This document shows positions 24,911-37,049 of a DNA stretch of 64,000 nucleotides, piece by piece (position 1 is the first letter of the stretch; every line of letters begins with the position of its first letter). This stretch comes from Macrostomum lignano. Lineage: Eukaryota. The stretch lies in the NCBI GenBank assembly GCA_002269645.1, contig NIVC01000215.1, positions 372,001 to 436,000 of the forward strand. Reading direction: 5' to 3'. The notes beneath the pieces are model-generated. The model was not told the DNA's origin. It did not search any database and worked only from the letters and a program-made list of their open reading frames with translations. The position numbers were made by a program, and so were the translations under genes.

Positions 24911-26420
24911 TCAAGGAGACTTGGACAACAGATCGTCCTCGTCCCAGGCCGCTGGGGCTTGACTGGGAGATGGGAGTTGGTCGACGTCCATGGCCTCCTC
25001 ACCCCACCGGCCCCCCCCCCCAGCAGAGTCCTCAGGCTCCGATGACAGGATGGAGGAAGCTTCCTCACCTGCATCTTTACCTTCAGACCCCACCAAGGTG
25101 GCCGAGGAGAGCTCGGATTCCGAAGACCCGGCCTCGTCCTCAACTCCTTCTCCGACTGGCAGGTTTGGTTCCCGGGGCTTGGCCGGAGCCGTTACCGCGG
25201 TCGCCGAACTGCTGCTAGCAGAGGGGCGAGATGCAGCTTTGGCTTTGGGATCGGCTTGCGCCTTTCCTTGGGCCTTAGACTGCGCCCCGCTCTTGCCGGA
25301 GATGCCGGGGTTGGCAGTAGCCTTCCCTTTGGCAGACTTTCCTCGGCGCAACTTGAGCTTGAGGGCACCCAGCTGGAAAGAGGATCCATTAGGGTACCGA
25401 CTCGCCCAAGTGCTGGAAAGGCCGAGGACAATTGAGTTGCCCGTCTCCCCCCTGCGGACTTTACGGTGATACACCAGTCCACTAGCAGGGAGGTCGGGGT
25501 TCAGACGCAGTAGGACCCGGCGAATAACGTCTGGTCCAGCTGCGGTGCTCTTAGCAGGGACGAAAACCACATAGGGTATCGTCTTTGGACGCTGGCCCTC
25601 ACGAAGAAAAAGAGCTCCGCCAAGGTCAGCATCCAAGGAGACCGTCGGTAGCCGCTGGAGCAGCCGCCGAGCGTCCTCCTCGCTGCTAGGAGCAATAAGA
25701 ACGAATGTGCTTCGCAGCACCATCCGCTCAACGCCGATGGAGATTCCCTCCTCGACAGTCAGCTCAATCAGATAGGAGTCAACAGCACTCCACACTTTTT
25801 GAAGCTGATCAGTGGTCCAGTCCTGGTCGCGACCTTGGATGATCACTCCCGGGATTTTGGCCTTGGCCTTCGCCGCAAAGGTAGCTCCCGAAGGAACCTC
25901 CTTGTTGGCAGTGGCCATTTGTTGCGCCGTGGTTTCGGCCTCAGCAGCCGCGGCAGCAGCTCCAGGGAGCGCCGCCGCTGAACTACTGGAGCTTCCACCG
26001 GCCGGCCCGCCTGGTTGCCTTGGGACTCCAGTCGCTTCAGCATCCATGGTGGACGCCGCCGCTTTGGCCCCCGCAGCTCCCTTCTTGGCCTGCCTTTTGG
26101 CGCGTTGTTTAGCGCGTTTGCGCTCAAGCCGAGCCCGCTGAGCTTCATCGGATCTGCCAGATTTGGCCGGTCCTTTAGGCTCAGAGCTCGCGGTTCCCTT
26201 AGATCCACCAGCGGAGCTGGCAGGTCTTAGGGTATTTTGAGTTTGGTAGCTCTGGTCGGATCTGCCAGCAGAGCCAGCCGGTCCTTCCTTTGCCACAGTT
26301 GAATCAGTCGGTTGGGATCTGCCAGCAGGGCCGGCCGGTCCTTCGGACTGAGGTTGGGGTTTAGAAGGGTCCCCGTCCCTGGAAATAGCTTGTTTATCCA
26401 TAGTCGGCTCGAAGGCCATG
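24911..26420 (-). CDS. ORF1 of the non-LTR element (basic/Ala-rich N-terminus, central globular domain, acidic tail; no CCHC knuckle)
   Basis: Intact ORF from the first ATG at 26420 (MAFEPTMDKQ) to 24911, 40 bp before ORF2. The central region resembles LOA-clade ORF1 (DUF4780-like) by recollection, not by search. Confidence 0.8.
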
Positions 26421-26939
26421 ATAAAAGGTTGGTGGGCTACCCTCAAAGGGGCGCGGTACCCACCCGGCCGCTCCACCTGACCGGGCAGTAGGCCAATAGC
26501 ACCCTCAAGGCTGGCCCGACACCAGGAGGGGGACCGCTTGCGACCGGACTACTCCCCGGCCTTCCAGCCCATCGGCACGGTCAACACCTTAGGCATTAGA
26601 GAGTACGTTGAGCAGTACCACGGCCTTCAGGTTGGCGAGCCAGACCCGCATACCCAAATTCGGCCGAAGCCACTGGATAGGGTCGCCAGCGCCGGAGCCC
26701 AGTCTGTCCAGCAGCCCTAGGGACTGCCTTGAACACACGCGGGGACGAGTACCCTGGGTCGACTTGCGAGACAGCGTGGGGGGGGGGTCTGCGGCTGCCA
26801 GAGGCAAATAGAGGGTGCAGACCTCCCACCAGCCTTGACCTGCTGAAGATAGGGGCAGGCGTGAAGCATCGCAGACCTTAGCCCATGGGCCTAGTCTGTC
26901 TCATACTTCACTGGCATGCTGAATACGCCTTCGCGTGAA

Positions 26940-27549
26940 TAGACCGCTTAGCAAATGCTTAAATGCACGCGCAACCGCTTTTCCTGCTCTACTTGTAGTA
27001 GTCTGTGTCAGACTCATTAGCACCAAATAATTATATTTTATGCTCTAAATATTAAACGATTTCTTGGAAAAAAACTAATAAAAAATAACAATTACAGGAA
27101 TGCTTGACGCATTCTACAATGATTATTCTTAGCGATATTACTAATCTGGCCGGCATCTGTCTCCTTGTCATTATTTTAGTCAATATGATTATTTTTATAA
27201 AACAAATTTGAAAGAGTGAAACAGGTTGCTTGTAGTAGTAGTAGTAGTAGTATGTAGGGGCATTTTGTGAAGTTTTTTGTATTAAAAAGGCTTATTTCTA
27301 GGCCGTTTATATGTTTAGTGTAGGCTGTTTATATCCCTGGTTAGTGTGTTTATTAAGTCCAATTTTGAATATTTATATCGTATAGGGTGTTTACATCGTC
27401 AAGTTTAAGGTGTTCATATCATCCAGCTTAGAGTCCAGATTTACTGGATAAGTAGTAATGGCAGTAGTAGTAGTAGAGGCAGTAGTAATAGTAGTAGTGG
27501 CAGTAGTAGCAGTAGTAGTAGCAGTAGTAGTAGTAGTAGTAGAAGTAGC

Positions 27550-27587
<38 letters not shown>

Positions 27588-27738
27588 CAGTAGTAGTAGT
27601 AGTAGTAGTAGTAGCAGTAGTAGTAGTAGTAGTAGTAGTAGCAGTAGTAGTAGTAGTAGTAGCAGTAGTAGTAGTAGTAGTAGTAGTAGTAGCAGTAGTA
27701 GTAGTAGTAGTAGTAGCAGTAGTAGTAGTAGTAGTAGC

Positions 27739-27770
<32 letters not shown>

Positions 27771-27795
27771 CAGTAGTAGTAGTAGTAGTAGTAGC

Positions 27796-27851
<56 letters not shown>

Positions 27852-29904
27852 CAGTAGTAGTAGTAGTAGCAGCAGTAGTAGTAGTAGTAGTAGTAGTAGC
27901 AGTAGTAATAGTAGTAGTAGTAGTAGTAATAGTAGTAGTAGTAGTGGCAATAGTAGCAGTAGTGGTAGTAGTCGTAGAAGTAGTAGAAGTAGTACGAGCT
28001 AGTAGTAGTACTAGTGGTAGTAATACATGTAGTTTTAATAGCAGCAATAGTAACTCACAAGCCAATAAAAAGTAAGAGTAAACCGTACGTGCAAACGACC
28101 ATCTTCCTCAATTTCTTTAATTGAACAGCTGCCTGTTAACACAACACAGCCGTCTTCAGTTCCATAGTTTACGATTAAAAGTATACAAACTTGCAATTAT
28201 ATTTGACCTAACAATTTACAAACTGAAACATAATCAACTAATTTTAGAATCGAAAAATGACGTTTTTTTCTTTAAAGCAAACAGCATATCGATGGGTTAC
28301 AAAAGCAGTAAAAATGCATTAGAAATTGGATTGCAAACTTTTATTCATAGCCTCGCGAAACGCAATTTATTAAAATATTTTCACTGACCCTAATGCACCT
28401 ATAGACCTGACCCCAAAACTCCTACAGACCTGACCCCAAAACCCCTACAGACCTGACCCCAAACCCCTACAGACCTGACCCCAAACCCCTACAGACCTGA
28501 TCCCAAAACCCCTACAGACCTGATCCCAAAACCCCTACAGACCTGAACCCAAAACCCCTACAGACCTGACCCCAAAACCCCTACAGACCTGACCCCAAAA
28601 CCCCTACAGACCTGACCACAAAACCCCTACAGACCTGACCCCAACCAATACCACTAGACCTGACCCCAAAACCCCTACAGACCTGACCCCAAACCCCTAC
28701 AGACCTGACCCCAACCAATACCACTAGACCTGACCCCAAACCCCTACAGACCTGACCCCAACCAATACCACTAGACCTGACCCCAAACCCCTACAGACCT
28801 GACCACAAAACCCCTACAGACCTGACCCCAACCAATACCACTAGACCTGACCCCAAAACCCCTACAGACCTGACCCCAAAACCCCTACAGACCTGACCCC
28901 AAAACCCCTACAGACCTGACCCCAAACCCCTACAGACCTGACCCCAAACCCCTACAGACCTGATCCCAAAACCCCTACAGACCTGAACCCAAAACCCCTA
29001 CAGACCTGACCCCAAAACCCCTACAGACCTGACCCCAAAACCCCTACAGACCTGACCCCAAACCCCTACAGACCTGACCACAAAACCCCTACAGACCTGA
29101 CCCCAACCAATACCACTAGACCTGACCCCAAAACCCCTACAGACCTGACCCCAAACCCCTACAGACCTGAACCCAAAACCCCTACAGACCTGACCCCAAA
29201 ACCCCTACAGGCCTGACCCCAAAACCCCTACAGACCTGACCCCAAACCCCTACAGACCTGACCACAAAACCCCTACAGACCTGACCCCAACCAATACCAC
29301 TAGACCTGACCCCAAAACCCCTACAGACCTGAACCCAAAACCCCTACAGACCTGACCCCAAAACCCCTACAGACCTGACCCCAAACCCCTACAGACCTGA
29401 CCCCAAACCCCTACAGACCTGATCCCAAAACCCCTACAGACCTGAACCCAAAACCCCTACAGACCTGACCCCAAAACCCCTACAGACCTGACCCCAAAAC
29501 CCCTACAGACCTGACCCCAAACCCCTACAGACCTGACCACAAAACCCCTACAGACCTGACCCCAACCAATACCACTAGACCTGACCCCAAAACCCCTACA
29601 GACCTGACCCCAAAACCCCTACAGACTTGACCCTAAAACCCCTACAGACCTGACCCCAAACCCCTACAGACCTGACCCCAAAACCCCTACAGACCTGACC
29701 CCAAAACCCCTACAGACTTGACCCCAAAACCCCTACAGACCTGACCCCAAAACCCCTACAGACCTGACCTCAACCCCCTGATCAGCTCAAGCTGATCACA
29801 CAGCACTACAATTCAAATGCAAAAAGCGCAGAAAGGCACCCGTTTGCTGCCGTCAGCACTCAGCAGAGCCACTCTGCAACAGTCAATACAAGCGCACATG
29901 GTCT
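26940..29904. repeat. Direct duplication copy A (2965 bp) flanking the retrotransposon 5' end; native 3' end of SNAPC3
   Basis: Matches 18037-21040 but has a shorter (GTA)n tract (about 27450-28010), a longer ACAGACCTGACCCCAAAACCCCT array (about 28400-29775) and a few substitutions. Confidence 0.95.
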
Positions 29905-32900
29905 CGTCAAACAGCTCGTCGCAATCTGAAATCAAAAGTTCAGCCCGAGCCGAGCGGCACAGCTGGCAGTCTCGGTAGGCAAAAGTCAACGAGGAGAAGC
30001 CGTGACTGAATCTGGCTAACGGCAGATTCTCGGGATCGGTCGCTGGATGCTTCAAGCTGACGTCAGAGAACACTATGATGTGCTCGCAGTTGGCCGCGTG
30101 CTGGTACAGGTAAAGCTCTCCTAGTCTCAAGGTTAGCGACGAGATTCTCGTAGATTCCATCGTGTGAGCAGTTAGTGATTCGCCAAATTCTTGTCTGGCT
30201 TTGGAGTTTTCCGACAGCCACTTCAACACCGTGGCGCTGAGTCGTCGGTTAAATGGTAATCGACAATCGTCATAGAGGCCAAGGCCGATGTGAAACATTG
30301 ACGAGGTGTACACGTCGCGACTGCGGGAGCAGCGCTCCGACATGGCCTGGCGAGGGTTGTCGCTGGACAGCTGGCGGTGGGGTTGCATGGTGAGGCGATT
30401 CTTAGAGTTAAGAGTGGTCTATAGGCGATTGCTAAAGACATTTAGAGACGATTCTTAGAGTGGTCTATAGGCGATTGCTAAAGACATTTAGAGGCGATTC
30501 TCAGGGTGGTTTAGGAGCGATTTCTTAAGACATTTATAGGCGATTCTCAGGGTGGTCTAAAGGCGATTGCTAAAGACATTTAGAGGCGATTCTCAGGGTG
30601 GTTAAGGAGCGATTTCTTAAGACATTTAGAGGCGATTCTTAGAGTTATTTAGGAGCGATTTCTAAAAAGCATACTACGAGTAGGTACTTTGCCTTTGGCA
30701 TAAAAGGAAGCAATAAGGCCATTGTTTTCCGATTCGAGATTAAATAATCCGTGCAGTTGTCCAGCTAAATTCTAAATAGCGGCATTCCTGCTACATTTAC
30801 TCATATGTTAATAAATTTCATAGGTAAGTTTTTGCAGTGCCCTATTCCGACCCTTTGTCAGTAGATGAATGCTGTTCAATAAGGCTGAATACATATAATG
30901 TAGCTGATGTAGAAGGCTGCGTACGGCTGTTCAGCCCAAGGACTGGGGGGTCGCCACACACCCACCAATTTTACAGCTGGGTGAACTGAAGCAATGCAGA
31001 GTTAAGTGTCTTGCTCAAGGACACTAATTGTTCCGAGTGGGATCCGGAATCGAACCCACGACCTTTAAGTCGTGAGTCCGATGCTCTGACCACTAGGCTA
31101 CCATCCCCCTCCTTCCCAGCATGGTCAATAGATACAGTCCCAGCACTGTCCCTTAAAATGGGCAATGACTTCAAGTTTTACATCTAAAATACACTACTAT
31201 GCTAGATGCTCCGAGCCCCCCGATAACCAAAGGCTAAAATGCCGGATTTTATCAATGAAAACTGAACAAAGAAAATTGCATGCAAGCTGCAGCCGGTAGA
31301 AATTGAATTCGAATGAAATACGTTCTTTATTAATATTCGTTTAGACCGTTAGAATTTTTGTATTGAAGTTATCATAAGTTTGTTATCGTGTCTGGAGTCT
31401 CACTGCAGCACAAACTTCACCCAGTCGTCGCTGTTCTCGATCTCCTGCTCAACCTGGGCGTCACTGAACTGCAGCAGTCGGCACTGGCCGAGGGCTTTGT
31501 TGTACAGCACGCTCCTGGTGTTCGGGACTTTGCCCAGTGCAGCCATGAGGCATTCAAGCACTTGGGTGACTTTATGCAGGTCGGTGTAACAGTACTGAGT
31601 GTTGTAATTAGTGCGTTTGAATGGCACCTTCACCCAGGTGGCAACTGGCGACTGGACGCGGTGAGGTGGAGCGAATTCGCAGGCGAATCCCTTGGCATCA
31701 AAGCAGCGCTGATCCACAAGCCGGTGGCTGTTGTCGTTCGCCTGTAACACGCAGTCCTGATTCCCGTTGCTGCTTGGCATTGAGCCGTACCACAGCGCAT
31801 TGTCCATCGGCAGCTTTCTGCCCATTTCAATAATCGAGATCTTTTGTTTTGCGTCGGGCCAACAAAAAAACTGCCATATCCCAATGCCACTGCCTGGCAT
31901 AACAGACAGAATTTCATTAGCTGAAAATCAACGAAGCTCTTTTCATCTTTGCCGACAGTGAATTATATCTACCGGTAGCTATTTATGTTTACATTTAGCA
32001 TGAAAGAACTGGCTTTTAGTGATCAGTCAAGACTGAGGAGTCATTTAGGGCTCCAATTGTTCGGCTTCCCTTTTTGACTATGCTGAGATGAAAAGAAAAA
32101 ATACTCATAATGAGATGCAGTTTTCCCTGAAAATATGTTTTCAAAAGAAGACATTGTTTTTAAGACAATAAATGTTGGTTGCCATGACAACTAAAATTCC
32201 ATTTTTATTACGTTTCCCCCCAAAATTGAATCGTAAAAATAAGTATTCATTATAACTGGACGTTAAATTATTATAGTTATTAAGCTGATTCTTAATGTGG
32301 TTCAGGGAAATTCTCAGGGTGGTTCAGGGGCGATTCTCAGGGTGTTTAGCGGCGATTCTCAAAGTAGTTTAGGGACGATTCTCAAGGTGGTTTGAAGGCG
32401 ATTCTCAGGATGGTTTAGGGGCGATTCTCAGGGTGTTTAGCGGCGATTCTCAAAGTAGTTTAGGGACGATTCTCAAGGTGGTTTGAAGGCGATTCTCAGG
32501 ATGGTTTAGGGGCGATTCTCAGGATGGTTTAGGGGCGATTCTCAAGGTGGTTTGAAGGCGATTCTCAGGATGGGTTGAAGGCGATTCTCAGGATGGGTTG
32601 AAGGTGATTCTCAGGATGGTTTGAAGGCGACTCTCAGGATGGTTTGAAGGCGATTCTCAGGATGGTTTAGGGGCGATTCTCAGGATGGTTTAGGGGTGAC
32701 TCTCAGGATGGTTTAAAGGCGATTCTCAGGATGGTTTAGGGGCGATTCTCAGGATGGTTTAGGGGTGATTCTCAGGATGGTTTGAAGGCGATTCTCAGGA
32801 TGGTTTAGGGGCGATTCTCAGGGTGGTTTGAAGGCGATTCTCAGGATGGTTTGAAGGCGACTCTCAGGATGGTTTGAAGGCGACTCTCATGATGGTTTGA

Positions 32901-35900
32901 AGGCGATTCTCAGGATGGTTTTAACAGTAGAACTACCAAGAGGGGGGGGGGAATCCCCCCCCTGACAATTTTTTGCTGCGCCGGAACGGAGCAACGCATG
33001 CACACGAAATTCAAAAACACAGGCTAACTTTTTGTTGCGCACCTTCTCAAACAAGAATCAAGTCGCCAGCCCTACGGACCGTTGAGATATTCGACGATTC
33101 TGCCAGAAGGTCGGATTTTTCCCATAACTGCTAGTGTATTCAGTACACCCCTGTGCGCCAAACAGCACTGCGCCTCAGTGCAGCCTTGCCAAGTCTCCAA
33201 ATTTCATCAGCACGTCGACCACATGTGTTTGCATCAGCTCTGACTTCGTTGGTCACTAGCCTTCACCAAGGTGGAGCTTCTGGACCCTCAACAGCTGTGG
33301 CATCAGGTGACTATGGACACCCTGATGCGGAATTCTCTAGTTTTGCCAATCAAGCCTCAGCAGTGGGCAAGAATCAACCGCCAGACATTCTCAGCTAGTC
33401 TCTCAAGCATTCCGTCATCATTTCGACGCCGTCGGCTCCTTCAACGGATTACACCAGGTGACTATGGACAGCCTGATAAGAATTTCTCTAGTTTCGCCGA
33501 TCCAGCCTCGACAGCGGGCAAAAATCAACCGCCAGACATTCTCAGCTAGTTTCTCAAGCATTCCGTCATCATTTCGACGCCGTCGGCTCCTTCAACGGAT
33601 TACACCAGGTGACTATGGACAGCCTGATAAGAATTTCTCTAGTTTCGCTGATCAAGCCTCGACAGCGGGCAAGAATCAACCGCCAGACATTCTCAGCTAG
33701 TCTCTCAAGCATTCCGTCATCATTTCGACGCCGTCGGCTCCTTCAACAGATTACACCAGTTGACTATGGACAGCCTGATAAGAATTTCTCTAGTTTCGCT
33801 GATCAAGCCTCGACAGCGGGCAAAAATCAACTGCTGGACATCCTCAGCTAGTCAGTCAAGCATTCAGCCATCACCCCGACGCCGTCGGCACCTTCAACAG
33901 ATTACACCAGGTGACTATGGACATCCTGTTGGAACTATGTCAGATTTTTCTTATTAAGCTTCAATAATGGGCAAACCTCAACTGCCGGACATTCTCAGCT
34001 AGTATCTCGAGCCTTCAGTCATCACCCCGACGCCGTCGGCACCTTCAACAGGTGGAACCAGGTGAGTAAGGACACCTGAGCGTGATTTTTCATCATGCTC
34101 TTAACATTTCTAAAGCTCTCAAAATTTTTTAAGCACTGGACATTGCTATAGTTAAGCTTGAACTCAAATTGGGTTCAATATTATAGTTGAATAAACTAAA
34201 CAGTTTGTCAAATAAAATATGTATGTAGCTCGCATGTATAAAAGTATGTGTAATAATAATATAAATATACAGCAACATGAGTTATGTATATTATTATCAG
34301 GATGGCTGGCTAAAAGGTAGACAAGAAGCAACATGACTGCAAGAAACCCACCAGTTCAGACACGTCGCCAACAATGACATCGTCCTGGCGGCAGCAGATC
34401 TGATCCTTCAGATCAGCCAGAGTGTGCCGGCCTTGCAGCAGAATGAGCTGACTGCAGCGCAGGTAGTTAGCAAAGGACCTGGCCACACCGCGCCCTCCAA
34501 CATCTGGCAGGGGAACGTACACCCGAACGGTCACTAGAAGGTCGTCCATCTCGCTAGGCGACAGAGGCTTAGCGAACTGCTTGACTGGCAGACTGGCTCT
34601 GTCGTGAGCGCACAGCAGTTCTATAGCGGGAAGCCGATCCCTGTTGTTGAGGAATCCTGACGCTGCTTTGGACAGCGGCTCCGAGTTTTGGCGCAACCTT
34701 CTCAGCGTTGCCAATGTTGAAATTTGATGGCGCGGATTGCGCAGAGAATTTGGGCTGAGGAAGCTGCACAGACCTGCGGGATTCGGGATGGCGCTGTGGG
34801 ATTAAATATGAGGGATTTTGAAAGGCTTCAGATACAATGGGATTTGGGAAGAAATAGGATTTTAGAATAGGATTTGAAAAAGATGGATTTTTACAATGGG
34901 ATTAGGGAAAAAATGGGATTAAACAATGGGATTAAGGAAGAAATGGGATTTTACAATGGGATTTGGGAAGAAATTGGATTTTACAATGGAATTTGGGAAG
35001 AAATGGGACTCTACAATGGGATTTGGGAAGAAATGGGACTTTACAATACAATGGGATTTGGGAAGAAATGGGATTCTATAATGGAATTTGGGAAGAAATG
35101 GGATTCTACAATGGAATTTGGGAAGAAATGGGATTCTACAATGGAATTTGGGAAGAAATGGGATTCTACAATGGAATTTGGGAAGAAATGGGATTCTACA
35201 ATGGAATTTGGGAAAAAATGGGATTTTACAATAGGATTTGGGAAGAAATGGGATTCTACAATGGGATTTGGGAAGAAATGGGATTTTACAATAATTTTTG
35301 GGAAGAAATGGGATTCTACAATGGGATTTGGGAAGAAATGGGATTTTACAATAGGATTTGGGAAGAAATGGGATTCTACAATGGGATTTGGGAAGAAATG
35401 GGATTCTACAATGGAATTTGGGAAGAAATGGGATTCTACAATGGAATTTGGGAAGAAATGGGATTCTACAATGGAATTTGGGAAGAAATGGGATTCTACA
35501 ATGGAATTTGGGAAGAAATGGGATTCTACAATGGAATTTGGGAAGAAATGGGATTCTACAATGGAATTTGGGAAGAAATAGGATTCTACAATGGAATTTG
35601 GGAAGAAATGGGATTCTACAATGGAATTTGGGAAGAAATGGGATTCTACAATGGAATTTGGGAAGAAATGGGACTCTACAATGGGATTTGGGAAGAAATG
35701 GGATTTTACAATACAATGGGATTTGGGAATAAATGGGATTTTACAATAGGATTTGGGAAGAAATGGGATTCTACAATGGAATTTGGGAAGAAATGGGATT
35801 CTACAATGGAATTTGGGAAGAAATGGGACTCTACAATGGAATTTGGGAAGAAAGGGACTCTACAATGGAATTTGGGAAGAAATGGGATTCTACAATGGAA

Positions 35901-36875
35901 TTTGGGAAGAAATGGGATTTTACAATGGAATTTGGGAAGAAATGGGATTTTACAATGGAATTTGGGAAGAAATGGGACTTTACAATGGTATTTGAGAAGA
36001 AATGGGATTTTACAATGGAATTTGGGAAGAAATGGGATTTTACAATGGGATTTGGGAAGAAAATGGGACTTAACAATGGGATTTGGGAAGAAATGGGACT
36101 CTACAATGGGATTTGGGAAGAAAATGGAACTCTACAATGGGATTTGGGAAGAAATGGGACTCTACAATGGGATTTGGGAAGAAATGGGACTTTATAATGG
36201 GATTTGAGAAACGGGATTCGACATGGAAGGGGATTTTATTCTACAATGGGATTGAGGATGAGATGGGATTTTTACGGTGGGACGAGAAATGGGAAGAAAT
36301 TATGGCTCTTCACCCAATAATACATGTACATGCAATATTTGCGAGCACCCTGGAGCAAAGCCTTTGGCGACCTCGTCACACAACCAGCTAGCGGTGAGGC
36401 AGTTCTGCCCATTCCACAGACTCCTTAGCACATACAAGCGCCCCAATACTGTACGCAGGCACGAGCTCACACCGGGTGTAGTTTAATTTGGGAAGTAGAG
36501 ACTTTAGACTGAGCAGAGACGGAAACAGTGATGAAGCATAGATCCAGTCTCACCCGTCAGGGGGGCATGGTTACTAGCGTCATCACCCTCGGCAGCGGCA
36601 TCGAGCAGGTCCCGCCTGACGGCATCCGGGTTGCACTCGGCAGCCAGGGCAGTCACGTCAACGTCGGGAAATTCTCGAGTCAGCTCCGTGAGCAGCTGAG
36701 ATTGCACAGCCGCTTCAGCTGTCGCCGTTGCAGTCTCCGTCGCCGTAGACGAAGTGGTTGAATCTGGAAACACCTCAGAGGCGGCATTCTGCATAGCCAA
36801 TAGTAGTTGACGAAGGTTCAACCAATCGGAATGAGGATGAATTGAGGTTTCGTCCTGAGGCTTAGTGTCAGACAT
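29813..36875 (-). CDS. SNAPC3: snRNA-activating protein complex subunit 3 (SNAP50/Pbp49), about 433 aa, 3 exons
   Basis: Exons 36875-36554, 34773-34352 and 30370-29813 with matching phases. Motifs ILLQGRHTLADLKDQICC, VYTSSMFHI, LRLGELYLYQHAANCEHIIVFSDV, CQLC and CIDC parallel the SNAP50 family pattern (LG.PYLY.H.G.CEH plus C-terminal zinc fingers). Confidence 0.9.
30395..30660 (+). repeat. GGCGATT-core tandem repeat next to the SNAPC3 exon 3 acceptor; same family as 32290-32920
   Basis: Alternating GGCGATTCTCAGGGTGGTTTA and GCGATTGCTAAAGACATTTAGA units. Confidence 0.8.
30910..31108 (-). mobile_element. tRNA-derived SINE with CORE-like domain, copy 2
   Basis: The minus strand shows A-box TAGCCTAGTGG, B-box GGTTCGATTCC, the same CORE-like block, and the same AGTCCTTGG(G/A)CTGAACAGCCGTA(C/T)GCAGCCTTC tail as copy 1. 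Confidence 0.8.
31400..31920 (-). CDS. C-type lectin domain (C-terminal half) plus degenerate PAN/apple-like domain; terminal exon or gene fragment nested in SNAPC3 intron 2
   Basis: LWYGSMPSSNGNQDCV...LVDQRC...FACE matches the CTLD pattern; ECLMAA...RSVLYNKALGQCRL is PAN-like. There is a TTTTCAG acceptor ending at 31921; upstream exons were not found. Confidence 0.65.
32290..32920 (+). repeat. 23-bp minisatellite (GGCGATTCTCAGGATGGTTTGAA)n
   Basis: About 27 tandem copies in SNAPC3 intron 2. Confidence 0.92.
33200..34075 (+). repeat. 151-bp tandem repeat, about 5-6 copies
   Basis: CACCAG(G/T)TGACTATGGACA recurs at 33453, 33604, 33755 and 33906 (period 151), with degenerate outer copies. Confidence 0.92.
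34830..36300 (+). repeat. 30-bp minisatellite (GGATTCTACAATGGAATTTGGGAAGAAATG)n in SNAPC3 intron 1
   Basis: About 47 tandem copies; explains the KKWDSTMEFG-type ORFs. Confidence 0.95.
36345..36480 (-). mobile_element. Degenerate antisense fragment of the 50990-51351 SINE
   Basis: CTGCCCATTCC..ACTCC..AGCAC..ACAAGCGC..CAATACTG matches the reverse complement of 51190-51320. Confidence 0.6.
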
Positions 36876-37049
36876 TGTTGCGTTGAGATTGATACAGTTC
36901 TTCTTTGCATGAAATATTGTAAATGCAAAATAAATATTGAACATATTTAGGAATTACAAAGACAAATTACTGTTGCGCATTCTTTGGGACTTCTTAGAAT
37001 GGTTTGGTTCGTATGTACATTTGGGTTGGGTAGGGTATTATATGTACAT

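Larger units (their letters stand above)
21041..26939 (-). mobile_element. Full-length non-LTR retrotransposon, APE-RT-RNase H-zinc finger, LOA/Lian-like, 5.9 kb
   Basis: About 460-bp 5' UTR, ORF1, ORF2, a short 3' UTR and an (AAGTC)2 tail on the minus strand. Both ends are defined by the flanking duplication. Confidence 0.93.

Noticed and set aside
34874-36391. Long periodic ORFs (KKWDSTMEFG, GFYNGIWEEM and similar) here and at 1837-2482, 6367-8937, 58010-59247 and 59726-60710
   Set aside because: All are translations of intronic or intergenic minisatellites.
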